64,000 bases of DNA from an uncultured Oscillibacter sp. (lineage in GTDB: Bacteria > Bacillota > Clostridia > Oscillospirales > Oscillospiraceae). Location: positions 1,955 to 65,954 of the forward strand of contig CAMNRF010000002.1 of NCBI GenBank assembly GCA_946551795.1, read 5' to 3'. The position numbers and the translations under genes are program-made. Each line of letters starts with the position of its first letter. The first letter of the stretch is position 1. Below, one piece after another: positions 30,306 to 43,389 of this stretch. Below the pieces are notes generated by a model. The model was not told where the DNA came from, made no database searches, and saw only the letters and a list, made by a program, of their open reading frames with translations.

Positions 30306-31010
30306 ATGTCCCACCCCCGCAGCGTCCCCGTAAAGCGCCGCCTAATTGCCATGATGGAGGCGCGGTTCCCCGCGTTCCAATTTTCCTATGACTGGAAGGG
30401 CTTCTATGGCTTTGTCCGCGAGAATCCCGGGCGGCTTTACGACTACCTGATCATAGGCCGCCGTTTCGAGCAGGTCCAGGCCGGGTGGCGGGGATACTTG
30501 GGCTTCGGCCCCGTCTGCCGCGGGTATAACCCGGACTGGGACTATTGGTCCACCGGCGACCCCTGGCGGCGGGGGATCTACACGGTGGAGAACTATGAGG
30601 ACATCCTCTACCAGCAGGACCGCACCGCCTTTCTGGACGACGCCCTGGACCAACTGGCGGAGAAGCTGGAGCGGGACATCCTGCCGCTCTACACGGATTT
30701 CTTCTCCCATCCGGATATTTTTCCCCGTCCCTTTGCCGCCTCGGACATGGTCCGCTGGCAGCTGCTGGCGGAGCGCCTTCTGCCGGAGCTGGAAGCCCTG
30801 GCCCGGTCCGGCCCCGCCCGCTGGGAGGAGCTGCGGAAGTGGGTGAAGGCCGCCGCCTGGAACAGGGCGGGGGAGCCGCCGGAGGAGATGGCCCGCTGGC
30901 TGGCGGAGGTTCGGGCCCTGCCGGGCTTCCGGGAGGAGTACGACCAGTCCCCCGTTCTTCGGGAGGATGTGTTCTGCTGGTTCATCCACGCTATGTTCGT
31001 ACACCCGTGA
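30306..31010 (+). CDS. Hypothetical protein
   Basis: Strong RBS GAGGAGGGAGG; 234-aa aromatic-rich ORF with no recognised motif. Confidence 0.65.
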   Translation: MSHPRSVPVKRRLIAMMEARFPAFQFSYDWKGFYGFVRENPGRLYDYLIIGRRFEQVQAGWRGYLGFGPVCRGYNPDWDYWSTGDPWRRGIYTVENYEDILYQQDRTAFLDDALDQLAEKLERDILPLYTDFFSHPDIFPRPFAASDMVRWQLLAERLLPELEALARSGPARWEELRKWVKAAAWNRAGEPPEEMARWLAEVRALPGFREEYDQSPVLREDVFCWFIHAMFVHP

Positions 31011-31034
31011 ATATTTTTTGAGAGGAGAGCCCGT

Positions 31035-31373
31035 ATGCTCATTGATTTCGACGCCATGGAGACCACCGTCATCCCCCATATGCGGGGCGGCGAGAAGGAG
31101 GTCTCCGCCCAGCTGTACACAGACCCCCTGGGAAAGATCATGCGGGGCACCCTGGTGCCCGGGGCCTCCATCGGCCTGCACACCCACGAGACCAGCAGCG
31201 AGATCATCTACGTTCTCTCCGGAACCGGAAAGGTGCTGTGCGACGGGGTGTACGAGCCCCTGGGCCCGGGGTCCTGCCACTACTGCCCCAGGGGCCACGA
31301 GCACAGCCTCATCAACGACAACCCGGAGGGCGGCGGGGACCTGACGTTCTTCGCCGTGGTGCCGGAGCAATGA
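31035..31373 (+). CDS. Cupin domain protein
   Basis: SIGLHTHE..SEIIYVLSG.G and G..HSL.N. Confidence 0.88.
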   Translation: MLIDFDAMETTVIPHMRGGEKEVSAQLYTDPLGKIMRGTLVPGASIGLHTHETSSEIIYVLSGTGKVLCDGVYEPLGPGSCHYCPRGHEHSLINDNPEGGGDLTFFAVVPEQ

Positions 31374-31546
31374 CGCTCCCTCAGGACCCCTATATCCTGC
31401 TGAGCTTTGTGAACACGAAGCTGCGGGATGAGTACGGCAGCATCGGCGAGCTGTGCGCGGCGCTGGACGCCGATGAGTCCGCCCTGCGCCGGACGCTGGC
31501 GTCGGTGAATTACCAGTATGACCCCGGTCAAAACCGGTTTATCTGA
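31370..31546 (+). CDS. DUF4250-like small protein
   Basis: MTLPQDPYILLSFVNTKLRDEY.S..ELC...Y.YD...NRF; ATGA overlap with the cupin gene. Confidence 0.8.
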   Translation: MTLPQDPYILLSFVNTKLRDEYGSIGELCAALDADESALRRTLASVNYQYDPGQNRFI

Positions 31547-31570
31547 ACGAATCAAGGAAGGAGGAACATC

Positions 31571-31909
31571 ATGTCTGACTGTCTATTCTGCAAAATCGCA
31601 GCCGGGGAGATCCCCAGCGCCAAGGTCTACGAGGACGAGCTCTGCTATGCCTTCAGCGACATCGCCCCCCAGGCGCCCACCCACTTCCTGGTGATCCCCA
31701 GGGAGCACATCGCCTCCGTCTCCGGCGTGAACGCCGGGAACAGCGCGGTGGTGGCCCACATCTTCGAGGTCATCGCCAGGGTCACGGCGGAGATGGGCAT
31801 CGAGAGCTACCGGGTGGTGTCCAACATTGGCGAGCAGGCGGGCCAGAGCGTGCCCCACCTGCACTTCCATGTGCTGGCCGGAAGGGATATGACCTGGCCG
31901 CCGGGCTGA
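31571..31909 (+). CDS. Histidine triad (HIT) nucleotide-binding protein
   Basis: CLFCKI, AF.DI.PQAP.H, AGQSVPHLHFH. Confidence 0.95.
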   Translation: MSDCLFCKIAAGEIPSAKVYEDELCYAFSDIAPQAPTHFLVIPREHIASVSGVNAGNSAVVAHIFEVIARVTAEMGIESYRVVSNIGEQAGQSVPHLHFHVLAGRDMTWPPG

Positions 31910-32105
31910 CGCGGGCGGCAGAGGGGGGACGGAGGTCCCCTCTCTTCTTTTGCTGATCTGACCTCCCGCGGCACAGGGAGCAAAACAGCGCCCGCGGTCT
32001 TGAAAACACGGGAAATCTATGCTACACTAAAAAATGGAATCATAACCAGAACTGGGTGAGGACACCGGTTCGGCATTTTTTGGAAGAGGAAAGGAGCGGT
32101 TCCCC

Positions 32106-33569
32106 ATGAAGATCACGGTGACGGCAGCGAGGAGGGCCTGCGCGGTGTGTCTCGCGGCGGTGCTGGCGCTGGCTTTGACAGGGTGTGGAGACAAGGGGCC
32201 GCTGGACCCGAAGGACCCGGTGTCTCTGACGGTTTGGCACTACTATAACGGCTCCCAGCAGGCCGCCTTCGACGCGCTGGTGGAGGAGTTCAACGACACG
32301 GTGGGCCAGGAGCTGGGGATCTACGTGGAGAGCTACTCCCAGGGCTCGGTGGCCGACCTGGAGTCGGCCGTGCGGGACGCCATCGGCGGCAAGGTGGGCG
32401 CGGACGCCATGCCGGACATCTTCTCCTCTTATGCGGATACCGCCTATGAGGTGGAGCAGGCCGGCGCTCTGGCCAACCTGTCCAGCTATCTCACGGAGGA
32501 GGAGCTGGGCCGGTACGTGGACTCCTACATCGAGGAGGGCCGCATCGCCGCCGACGGCTCGCTGCGGATCTTCCCCACGGCGAAGTCCACGGAGATCATG
32601 ATGCTCAATAGAACGGACTGGGAGGACTTCTCGGCGGCCAGCGGCGTCTCCCTGGAGGATCTGCGGACCATCGAAGGGGTCGCGGCCGCGGCCAGGACCT
32701 ACTATGAGTGGACGGACAGCCTCACCCCCGATGTGCCGGAGGACGGCAGGGCCCTCTACGGCCGGGACGCCGTGGCCAACTATTTCATCATCGGACTGCA
32801 GCAGCTGGGCGTGGAGATCTTCCAGGTGGAGAACGGGGAGATGACCCTGAACACGCCGGAGAAGGAGCTGCGCCGCCTATGGGAGAACTTCTACGTCCCC
32901 ATGGTCAAGGGGTACTTCGGGGCCTACGGCGCCTTCCGCTCCGACGATGTGAAGACCGGAGACATCCTGGCCTACACCGGCTCCACGGCCTCCGCCATGT
33001 ATTTTCCCGACCAGGTGGAGCTGGACGGGGGCAGCCACGCCATCGACTACATTGTGATGCCCGCCCCGGTCTTCGAGGGCGGACGGGACTACGCCGTGCA
33101 GCAGGGCGCGGGCATGGTGGTCAGCAAGTCGGACCGGCGGCACGAGTACGCCTCCGTGGAGTTTTTGAAGTGGTTCACCCAGGCGGAGAACAACCTGCGG
33201 TTCGGCTGTGTCTCCGGCTATCTGCCGGTCTTGAAGGAGGCCAACAGCACCGAAAAGCTGGATCAGGTCATCGCGGACCAGGGGCTGACGGTGTCCCCCA
33301 AGACCTACGACTGCCTGACCGCCATTTTTGACGGGATGGAGGGGATGACCCTCTACACCAACAAGAGCTTTGAAAACGGCTACGCCGCCCGAAAGGTGCT
33401 GGAGTACCACCTGGCGGACCGGGCCTCCGCGGACCGGACGGCGGTGCTGGAGGCCATCGCCCGGGGCGAGAGCCTGGAGGAGGCGTCGGCGGACTACGTG
33501 TCGGACGATGCTTTTGAGGACTGGTACGGCGGCTTCTGCCAGGCGCTGCGTGACGCCGCCGGCAAGTAG
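32106..33569 (+). CDS. Extracellular solute-binding lipoprotein (family 1-like)
   Basis: Lipobox LTGC; V.L.VWHYY, EFN.TVG, PD....YAD, FLKWF, SGYLPV. Confidence 0.85.
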   Translation: MKITVTAARRACAVCLAAVLALALTGCGDKGPLDPKDPVSLTVWHYYNGSQQAAFDALVEEFNDTVGQELGIYVESYSQGSVADLESAVRDAIGGKVGADAMPDIFSSYADTAYEVEQAGALANLSSYLTEEELGRYVDSYIEEGRIAADGSLRIFPTAKSTEIMMLNRTDWEDFSAASGVSLEDLRTIEGVAAAARTYYEWTDSLTPDVPEDGRALYGRDAVANYFIIGLQQLGVEIFQVENGEMTLNTPEKELRRLWENFYVPMVKGYFGAYGAFRSDDVKTGDILAYTGSTASAMYFPDQVELDGGSHAIDYIVMPAPVFEGGRDYAVQQGAGMVVSKSDRRHEYASVEFLKWFTQAENNLRFGCVSGYLPVLKEANSTEKLDQVIADQGLTVSPKTYDCLTAIFDGMEGMTLYTNKSFENGYAARKVLEYHLADRASADRTAVLEAIARGESLEEASADYVSDDAFEDWYGGFCQALRDAAGK

Positions 33570-33594
33570 GCTTATCATGAGAGGTGCTGGTCAG

Positions 33595-37479
<3,885 letters not shown>

Positions 37480-37502
37480 GGGGAGTTTCCGCTGGCGGGG
37501 GA

Positions 37503-37767
37503 GCGGCCCCTGCGGGATGTGCCGTGGGGGCGGTGTCCGTAATCGGTGGTTATTGAAAGACGGGCCGCCCAGGGGGGCGGCCCCTACGGGATGTGCCGTG
37601 GGGGCGGTGTTCGCAATCGGTGGTTATTGAAAGACGGGCCGCCCAGGGGGGCGGCCCCTACGGGATGTGCCGTGGGGGCGGTGTCCGTAATCGACGGTTA
37701 TTGAAAATGGGCCGCCCAGGGGGGCGGCCCTTACGCAACCTGTAGGGGCCGCCGCCCTCGGCGGCCC
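37503..37767. repeat. Tandem 74-bp repeat (3 copies) of GTAG-type REP palindromes plus one inverted copy
   Basis: CGGGATGTGCC starts at 37513, 37587 and 37661. Each unit ends in GGGCCGCCCAGGGGGGCGGCCC(C/T)TAC; inverted copy GTAGGGGCCGCC...GGCGGCCC at 37742-37767. Confidence 0.9.
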
Positions 37768-37910
37768 GTTTTCCGATTGGCGGTAATTTTAGAAATATGC
37801 TGGCGTTTCATTCAGATACGTGGTAAAATCTGAATCGAGAATGAATCCGTATGGATGAAATCACCCAAGATAATGTTGCCGTTTGGTAGCATTTTTCTGA
37901 GGTGAATCGG

Positions 37911-38141
37911 ATGCATTTTCAACGATTGGAAGATCTGCGGGTTGACCATGATAAGACGCAGATTGAGATCGCGGAATATCTGAATATGGGCCGTAACGTC
38001 TATTGGCGTTATGAGAAGGGAAAACGGGAGATTCCAACCTGGGCGGTATTGAAGCTGGCCGACTACTATAAGGTCAGCACCGACTACCTCCTGGGCCGCA
38101 CGGACCAGCCGGCGCCCTATCCGCCCGCCCGCAGGAAATGA
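37911..38141 (+). CDS. XRE-family HTH regulator
   Basis: RL.DLR.D.DKTQ.EIAEYL......Y.RYE.G.REIP......LADYYKVSTDYLLGRTD. Confidence 0.9.
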   Translation: MHFQRLEDLRVDHDKTQIEIAEYLNMGRNVYWRYEKGKREIPTWAVLKLADYYKVSTDYLLGRTDQPAPYPPARRK

Positions 38142-40387
38142 GAAGGCTGGCGGTCTTCGCCGGGGCCTTCTCCCTGGGCGTCTTCCTGGCCCAGTACCTG
38201 CTGCGGCCGGAGTGGCTGCTGCCCGCCGCCCTGGGGGCGCTGGCGCTGGGCTGGGCGTCCTTCCTGCTCCCCTGGGAGCTCCGCCGCCGGAGTGCGGCGG
38301 CCTGTGCCGCCCTGGCGCTGGCCCTGGGGTGGAACTGGCTGTACCTCCGGCAGGTCCAGCGGCCCATGGAGGCCCTGGCGGGCACGGAGGGGACGGCGGT
38401 CATGACGCTGCTGGACTACGCCGAGGAGACGGACTACGGCGCGAGAACATCCGTAAAGCTGGAGGGATTTCCCCTCGGAAAGGCCGTGTATTACGGCGAT
38501 GTCTCCCTTCTGGAGCTGGAGCCGGGACAGACGGTCACCGGGGCGGTCCGCTTTCAGAGCGCCGCCAGGGTCCGGGACACGGACGTCACCAGCTTTACCT
38601 CCAAGGGGGCTTTTCTCCTGCTGTACGGACGGGGCGGGGCGTCATACGCCTCCGGGACCGCGGGCTCCCTCCGCTGGCTGCCCGCCCGGCTGGGACGGGC
38701 CATGGCGGAGAAAATCCGGCAGCTCTATCCGGAGGAGACGGCGGGCTTTCTCACCGCCATCCTCACCGGGGACAAAAGCGGCCTCTCAGAGGAGGACGGC
38801 ATCGCGTTGTCCGAGGCGGGGCTGTACCACATCATGGCGGTCTCCGGGATGCACTGCGGGTTCCTGCTGACCCTTGTGACCCTGCTGACGGGAAAGCGGC
38901 GCCGCCTGACGGCGGCCCTCACACTGCCGCTGCTGGTCTTCTATGCCCTGCTCACCGGCGGGAGCCCCTCGGTGGTGCGGGCCTGCGTCATGCTGACGTT
39001 TCTCCTGGCCGCGCCTCTGTGCCGCCGGGACAGCGACCCGCCCACGGCCTTGGCCGCGGCGCTGTTTCTCATTCTGCTGGTGAATCCCTTCGCCGCCGCC
39101 TCGGTGAGCCTCCAGCTGTCCTTTGCCGCCATGGCGGGATTGCTGTGGCTGACGCCGCGGCTGATGAAGACCCTGGCGGGAGAGCGGCCCAGGGGCAGGG
39201 TGTTCCGGTTTTTTTCCGCCAGCTTCTCCACCACCATGGGCGCGCTGGTGTTCACCACGCCCCTGACCGCCTGGTACTTCGGGAGGCTGGCGCTGGTGTC
39301 GCCCCTGAGCAATCTGCTGTGCCTCTGGGCGGCGGGCATTGTGTTTATGGCGGGGCTTTTGTCTGTGGCGGCGGGGTTCCTCTGGACGCCTCTGGGGGCG
39401 GCGCTGGCCCTGGTCCCCAGGGCGCTGGCGGGGTACATCCTGGGAGCGGCCCGCCTGCTGGCGGGCATCCCGTATCACGCGGTGTACTACACCAACCCCT
39501 ATCTGAAGTACTGGCTGGTGTTCGCCTACGCGCTCTTCGCCCTGGCGTATGTCCTCCGGCCGAAGAACCGCCGAAAGTACGCCGCCGCCGCGCTGCTGGC
39601 GGCGCTCACCCTGGCGGTGACCGTGGAGCTGGGCCGGCGGCGCTGCCGGGCGGACCTGGATGTCTTCTTCCTGGACGTGGGCCAGGGCCAGTGTGTGCTG
39701 CTGGCCTCGGAGGGCCGCTTCGCCCTGGTGGACTGCGGCAGCGGAAACGGCTGGATCAGCGCCGGGGACATCGCCGCGGACCATCTGGCGTCCCTGGGCT
39801 GCAAGCGGCTGGACTATCTCATTTTGACCCACTATGACAGCGACCACGTCTCCGGCGTTACCGCCCTGGCGGAGCGTGTGGACGTGGGGGCGCTGCTGGC
39901 GCCGGAGACGGCGGAGGACGGGGAACTGCGGGAGCGGGTGCTCTCGGCGGCGGAGGCGGCGGGAGCCGGCGTCATGCCGCCGGAGGAGGTTCGGACGATC
40001 TCCCTGGGCAGAGCGGCGCTGACCGTGTACCCGCCGGTGGGAACGGGCGGAGACAACCAGGAGGGACTTGCCGTCCTGGCCTCCGCCGGGGAGCTGGACC
40101 TGCTGGTCACCGGCGACATGGACCGCGCCACGGAGCGAAGGCTCCTGGCGGCCTGTGAGCTGCCGGATCTGGAGGTGCTGGCGGCCGGCCACCACGGCTC
40201 CCGCTATTCCACTTCGGAGGAGCTGCTGGAGGCGCTGGGGCCGGAGACGGTCTGCGTCAGCGTGGGGAGCAATTCCTACGGGCACCCGTCGGAGGAGACG
40301 CTGGAGCGGCTGGCCCGGCAGGGCTGCGCCGTCTACCGCACGGACCTCCACGGGGACATCCATCTATCATTGAATCGGGAGAATTGA
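38138..40387 (+). CDS. comEC: DNA internalization competence protein ComEC/Rec2
   Basis: H.MAVSGMH, SPSVVRA, QLSF, DVGQG, LTHYDSDH, TGD, HHGS, YGHP, RTD..G.I. Confidence 0.95.
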   Translation: MRRLAVFAGAFSLGVFLAQYLLRPEWLLPAALGALALGWASFLLPWELRRRSAAACAALALALGWNWLYLRQVQRPMEALAGTEGTAVMTLLDYAEETDYGARTSVKLEGFPLGKAVYYGDVSLLELEPGQTVTGAVRFQSAARVRDTDVTSFTSKGAFLLLYGRGGASYASGTAGSLRWLPARLGRAMAEKIRQLYPEETAGFLTAILTGDKSGLSEEDGIALSEAGLYHIMAVSGMHCGFLLTLVTLLTGKRRRLTAALTLPLLVFYALLTGGSPSVVRACVMLTFLLAAPLCRRDSDPPTALAAALFLILLVNPFAAASVSLQLSFAAMAGLLWLTPRLMKTLAGERPRGRVFRFFSASFSTTMGALVFTTPLTAWYFGRLALVSPLSNLLCLWAAGIVFMAGLLSVAAGFLWTPLGAALALVPRALAGYILGAARLLAGIPYHAVYYTNPYLKYWLVFAYALFALAYVLRPKNRRKYAAAALLAALTLAVTVELGRRRCRADLDVFFLDVGQGQCVLLASEGRFALVDCGSGNGWISAGDIAADHLASLGCKRLDYLILTHYDSDHVSGVTALAERVDVGALLAPETAEDGELRERVLSAAEAAGAGVMPPEEVRTISLGRAALTVYPPVGTGGDNQEGLAVLASAGELDLLVTGDMDRATERRLLAACELPDLEVLAAGHHGSRYSTSEELLEALGPETVCVSVGSNSYGHPSEETLERLARQGCAVYRTDLHGDIHLSLNREN

Positions 40388-40389
40388 CC

Positions 40390-41445
40390 ATGGCCTATGG
40401 AAAAAAAGCGTCCGGCGGCAGCGGGGCGTTTCAAAAGTTCAAGGGGGACCTCTCCGGGGGCACCCTGGGCGGGGCGTACATCTTCTACGGCGAGGAGAGC
40501 TACCTGCGGGAGTACTACCTGGAGGCCCTGCGGAAAAAACTGGTTCCCGCCGGGTTCGAGGAGTTCAACTACCACCGGGTGGAGGGGAAGGACGTGAGCG
40601 TCCAGGCCCTGGCCGAGATGGCGGAGGCCATGCCCATGATGGCGGAGCGCACGCTGCTGGTGGCGGTGGACCTCGACCTCTTCAAGCTGAACGAGGAGCA
40701 GCGGGAGAGGCTCATCGCCCTGCTGGAGGACATCCCGCCCTACTGCTGCATTGTGTTTGTGTACGACACGGTGGAGTACAAGCCCAATAAGACCATGAAG
40801 AAGCTCTGCAAGGCCATTGACGCCCACGTGGAGGCGGTGGAGTTCCGCCCCGCTGACGGCCGTGAGCTGGAGGCGTGGATCGCCCGCCGGTTCCGGGCCC
40901 TGGGGAAGGACATCGACCGCCAGACGGCGGAGTACCTGATCTTCACCTGCGGCGGGCTGATGACGGGCCTGGTGCCGGAGATCGCCAAGATCGGGGCCTA
41001 CGCCAAGGGGAAGTCTGTCACAAAGGCGGACATCGACGCCGTGGCGGACCCGGTGCTGTCGGCGGAGGTGTTCCGCCTGTCCGACGCGGTGCTCCAGGGG
41101 GACTACGACCGGGCCTCCGCCATCCTGGGGGACCTTTTGAAGATGCAGACGGAGCCTATCGTGATCCTGGCGGCCCTGGGGGGGCAGCTGCGGCGGATCT
41201 ACACCGCCCGGCTGGCCATCGACGGCGGCCGGGACAAGTACTGGCTCATGGAGCTGTGGGACATGCGGTCGGACTATCCGGCAAAGCTGCTGCTGTCCGC
41301 CGCCCGGCGGGCCACGGCGGAGTGGTGCGAGGACGCGGTGCGGATGTGTCAGACCCTGGACCGGCGGATGAAGAGCGAGAAGGGCATCGACCCGGCGGGA
41401 GAATTGAAGCTGCTGCTGGTGCGTCTGGGGGCGGCGGGTCGATGA
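40390..41445 (+). CDS. holA: DNA polymerase III delta subunit
   Basis: Y.FYGEE.YL, P.MAER, EI.K...Y, VF.L.DA; conserved position after comEC. Confidence 0.92.
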   Translation: MAYGKKASGGSGAFQKFKGDLSGGTLGGAYIFYGEESYLREYYLEALRKKLVPAGFEEFNYHRVEGKDVSVQALAEMAEAMPMMAERTLLVAVDLDLFKLNEEQRERLIALLEDIPPYCCIVFVYDTVEYKPNKTMKKLCKAIDAHVEAVEFRPADGRELEAWIARRFRALGKDIDRQTAEYLIFTCGGLMTGLVPEIAKIGAYAKGKSVTKADIDAVADPVLSAEVFRLSDAVLQGDYDRASAILGDLLKMQTEPIVILAALGGQLRRIYTARLAIDGGRDKYWLMELWDMRSDYPAKLLLSAARRATAEWCEDAVRMCQTLDRRMKSEKGIDPAGELKLLLVRLGAAGR

Positions 41446-42041
41446 GGCGGATCAAAGAGGTCATCGTGGTGGAGGGGCGGTACGACAAGAACACCCTCTC
41501 CCAGGTGGTGGACGCCACGATCATCACCCTGGGAGGCTTCGCCGTGTTCAACGACCGGGAGAAGCTGGCCTTTCTCCGCCGCCTGGCGGAAAAACAGGGC
41601 CTGATCGTCCTGACGGACAGCGACGGCGCGGGCTTCGTCATCCGGAACTACCTCAAGGGCGCCCTGCCCCCGGACCAGATCAAGCAGGCGTATATCCCGG
41701 ACGTTTTGGGCAAGGAGCGCCGCAAGTGCCGCCCCGGCAGGGAGGGCAAGCTGGGGGTGGAGGGGATGCGCCCCGAGGCGCTGCTGGAGGCCCTCCGCCG
41801 GGCGGGAGCCACCTTTTTGGATGAATCGGCGGCAGAGACGCCCCGGGGCGAGCCCCTCACCAAGGCGGACCTCTTCACGCTGGGTCTCACCGGCGGCCGG
41901 GACAGCGCCGCCCGGCGTCAGGCCCTGCTGCGCCGCCTGGACCTGCCGGAGCACCTGACCGCCAACGGCCTTCTGGAGGCGCTGAACCTGCTGTACAGCC
42001 GGGAGGAGCTGGAGGCCCTGCTGGCGGAGGACCCGCGGTGA
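41442..42041 (+). CDS. rnmV: Ribonuclease M5-like Toprim/DUF4093 protein
   Basis: IKEVIVVEGRYD, VLTDSD.AG..IR, LGVE, and C-terminal L..LGL.G...S..RR..L. Confidence 0.85.
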   Translation: MRRIKEVIVVEGRYDKNTLSQVVDATIITLGGFAVFNDREKLAFLRRLAEKQGLIVLTDSDGAGFVIRNYLKGALPPDQIKQAYIPDVLGKERRKCRPGREGKLGVEGMRPEALLEALRRAGATFLDESAAETPRGEPLTKADLFTLGLTGGRDSAARRQALLRRLDLPEHLTANGLLEALNLLYSREELEALLAEDPR

Positions 42042-42264
42042 GTATCTGAGGCCGGTTCCGTGCCTCCTTATTCTCTTCTGCCGTGAGCCGGTATAAGAAC
42101 CCGCGGCCTTCGACCATTTCCGACAGAAAACGACCCTGGCGGGGTGGTATACTGGAGTCGACCCTGTTTGAAAAATGCCGAAATACCCGGAACCGGATTT
42201 TTTGACCGCCGCGTATTTCGCATCTTTCAAACAGGGCCGTATTTTTTGAAAAGAGGATTGTCGT

Positions 42265-42519
42265 GTGCGGAAGATTTGGTTTGGACAGTCGGCGTGCCGC
42301 GGAGAGGCGGTATACTACTACCTGGTGGTGGAGGAGACGGCGGGGGCGGAGCGATATGGCTTTCAGATCCGCTGCGGGGATGAGGCGGAGACGGTGCCGG
42401 ATGTCACCAGCTCTCAAAGGCAGATCCAGATCCTGCTGGAGGCCATGGTCCGGGGGAGTGTCACGCCCGTCACGGCCCGGGCGGTGGTGGAGGACTGGCT
42501 GAACGGACGGGAGGCGTGA
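42265..42519 (+). CDS. DUF6514-like small protein
   Basis: YYL.......E.YG..I........DVT.....I..L.......VTP.....VVEDWL. Confidence 0.7.
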   Translation: MRKIWFGQSACRGEAVYYYLVVEETAGAERYGFQIRCGDEAETVPDVTSSQRQIQILLEAMVRGSVTPVTARAVVEDWLNGREA

Positions 42520-42526
42520 GAGGGGC

Positions 42527-42555
42527 TTGACAATCCGGGGCGGATATATTATACT
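42527..42555 (+). promoter_or_regulatory. SigA promoter of the Val T-box leader
   Basis: TTGACA-N17-TATACT. Confidence 0.75.
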
Positions 42556-42569
42556 GTCGCAAGTATCAA

Positions 42570-42821
42570 ACTGCGGAGAAGGGAAGCAGTATCCGGCGGG
42601 CGGAAGCGAAGAGAGGGAGCGGACGGTGCAAGCTCCCGTGAGCCAGACGGAGAAGTCGTCCCGGAGCATCGCGGCTGAAGGTCCAGTAAGCCGCGGCGGT
42701 GTCCCCCGTTATCGGGAGAGGGCGTGAGAGCGCCCGTGAGCGCGCGCCCTAGGGCGCGAATTCAGGTGGTACCACGGACCCATGTCCGCCCTGAGCCGGA
42801 AGGCTCAGGGCGTTTTTCTTT
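42570..42821 (+). ncRNA. T-box riboswitch (Val)
   Basis: AGAGA/GGTGCAA stem-I motifs, specifier GAA-GTC (Val) at 42652-42657, T-box AATTCAGGTGGTACCACGG at 42759-42777, terminator CGCCCTGAGCC/GGCTCAGGGCG with TTTTT. Confidence 0.92.
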
Positions 42822-42833
42822 GAGGAGGGCGGG

Positions 42834-43358
42834 ATGGAGTTTCGATTTGAGACAACATACGATCAAAAGGGTTTGACCGCCATGGCCCGGGCGCTGCGCA
42901 GGACGCTCCGGAAAAAGCGCAGCCGGAGAAGCCATATCTTTGGCTGGTGCGTCGTGGCGCTGGCGATTTTGCTGATTGCCGCACAGCGGATGCTGGAGGA
43001 GCCGTGGGCGTTTCAGGACACCCTGAATTTGAGCGTCGGCGTGATATTGGTCGTGATACTGCTGACCGAGGACCAGGTCAACGCCTTCTTCGCGAAAAAG
43101 AAGATGCTGCCCGGCACGTCGATCGCGCGGAGTGTCTTTACGGAGGAGGGCTATACCTCCGCCACGGAGGCCGCGGTGACGGAATTTCACTATGAGACGA
43201 TTCAGCAGGTGTGCGAGACGGCGGATTACTTTGTGCTTCTGTTCAGCCGGCAGCACGGGCAGATCTATGACAAAGCCACCCTCAGCGGCGGTACGGCGGA
43301 GGAGTTCCGAACCTTTATCACTGAGAAAACCGGAAAACCGATTGCATCTATCAAATAA
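42834..43358 (+). CDS. YcxB-like membrane protein
   Basis: Two TM helices then F.EE..........Y..I..V.ET.DYF.L.......I..K.......EF..F; RBS GAGGAGG. Confidence 0.7.
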   Translation: MEFRFETTYDQKGLTAMARALRRTLRKKRSRRSHIFGWCVVALAILLIAAQRMLEEPWAFQDTLNLSVGVILVVILLTEDQVNAFFAKKKMLPGTSIARSVFTEEGYTSATEAAVTEFHYETIQQVCETADYFVLLFSRQHGQIYDKATLSGGTAEEFRTFITEKTGKPIASIK

Positions 43359-43389
43359 AAACACAAGTTTACAGAATAGGAGAATCAAC

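Noticed and set aside
37503-37767. Possible CRISPR array
   Set aside because: The sequences between palindromes are nearly identical rather than unique spacers, and there are no cas genes; it fits a REP tandem repeat.
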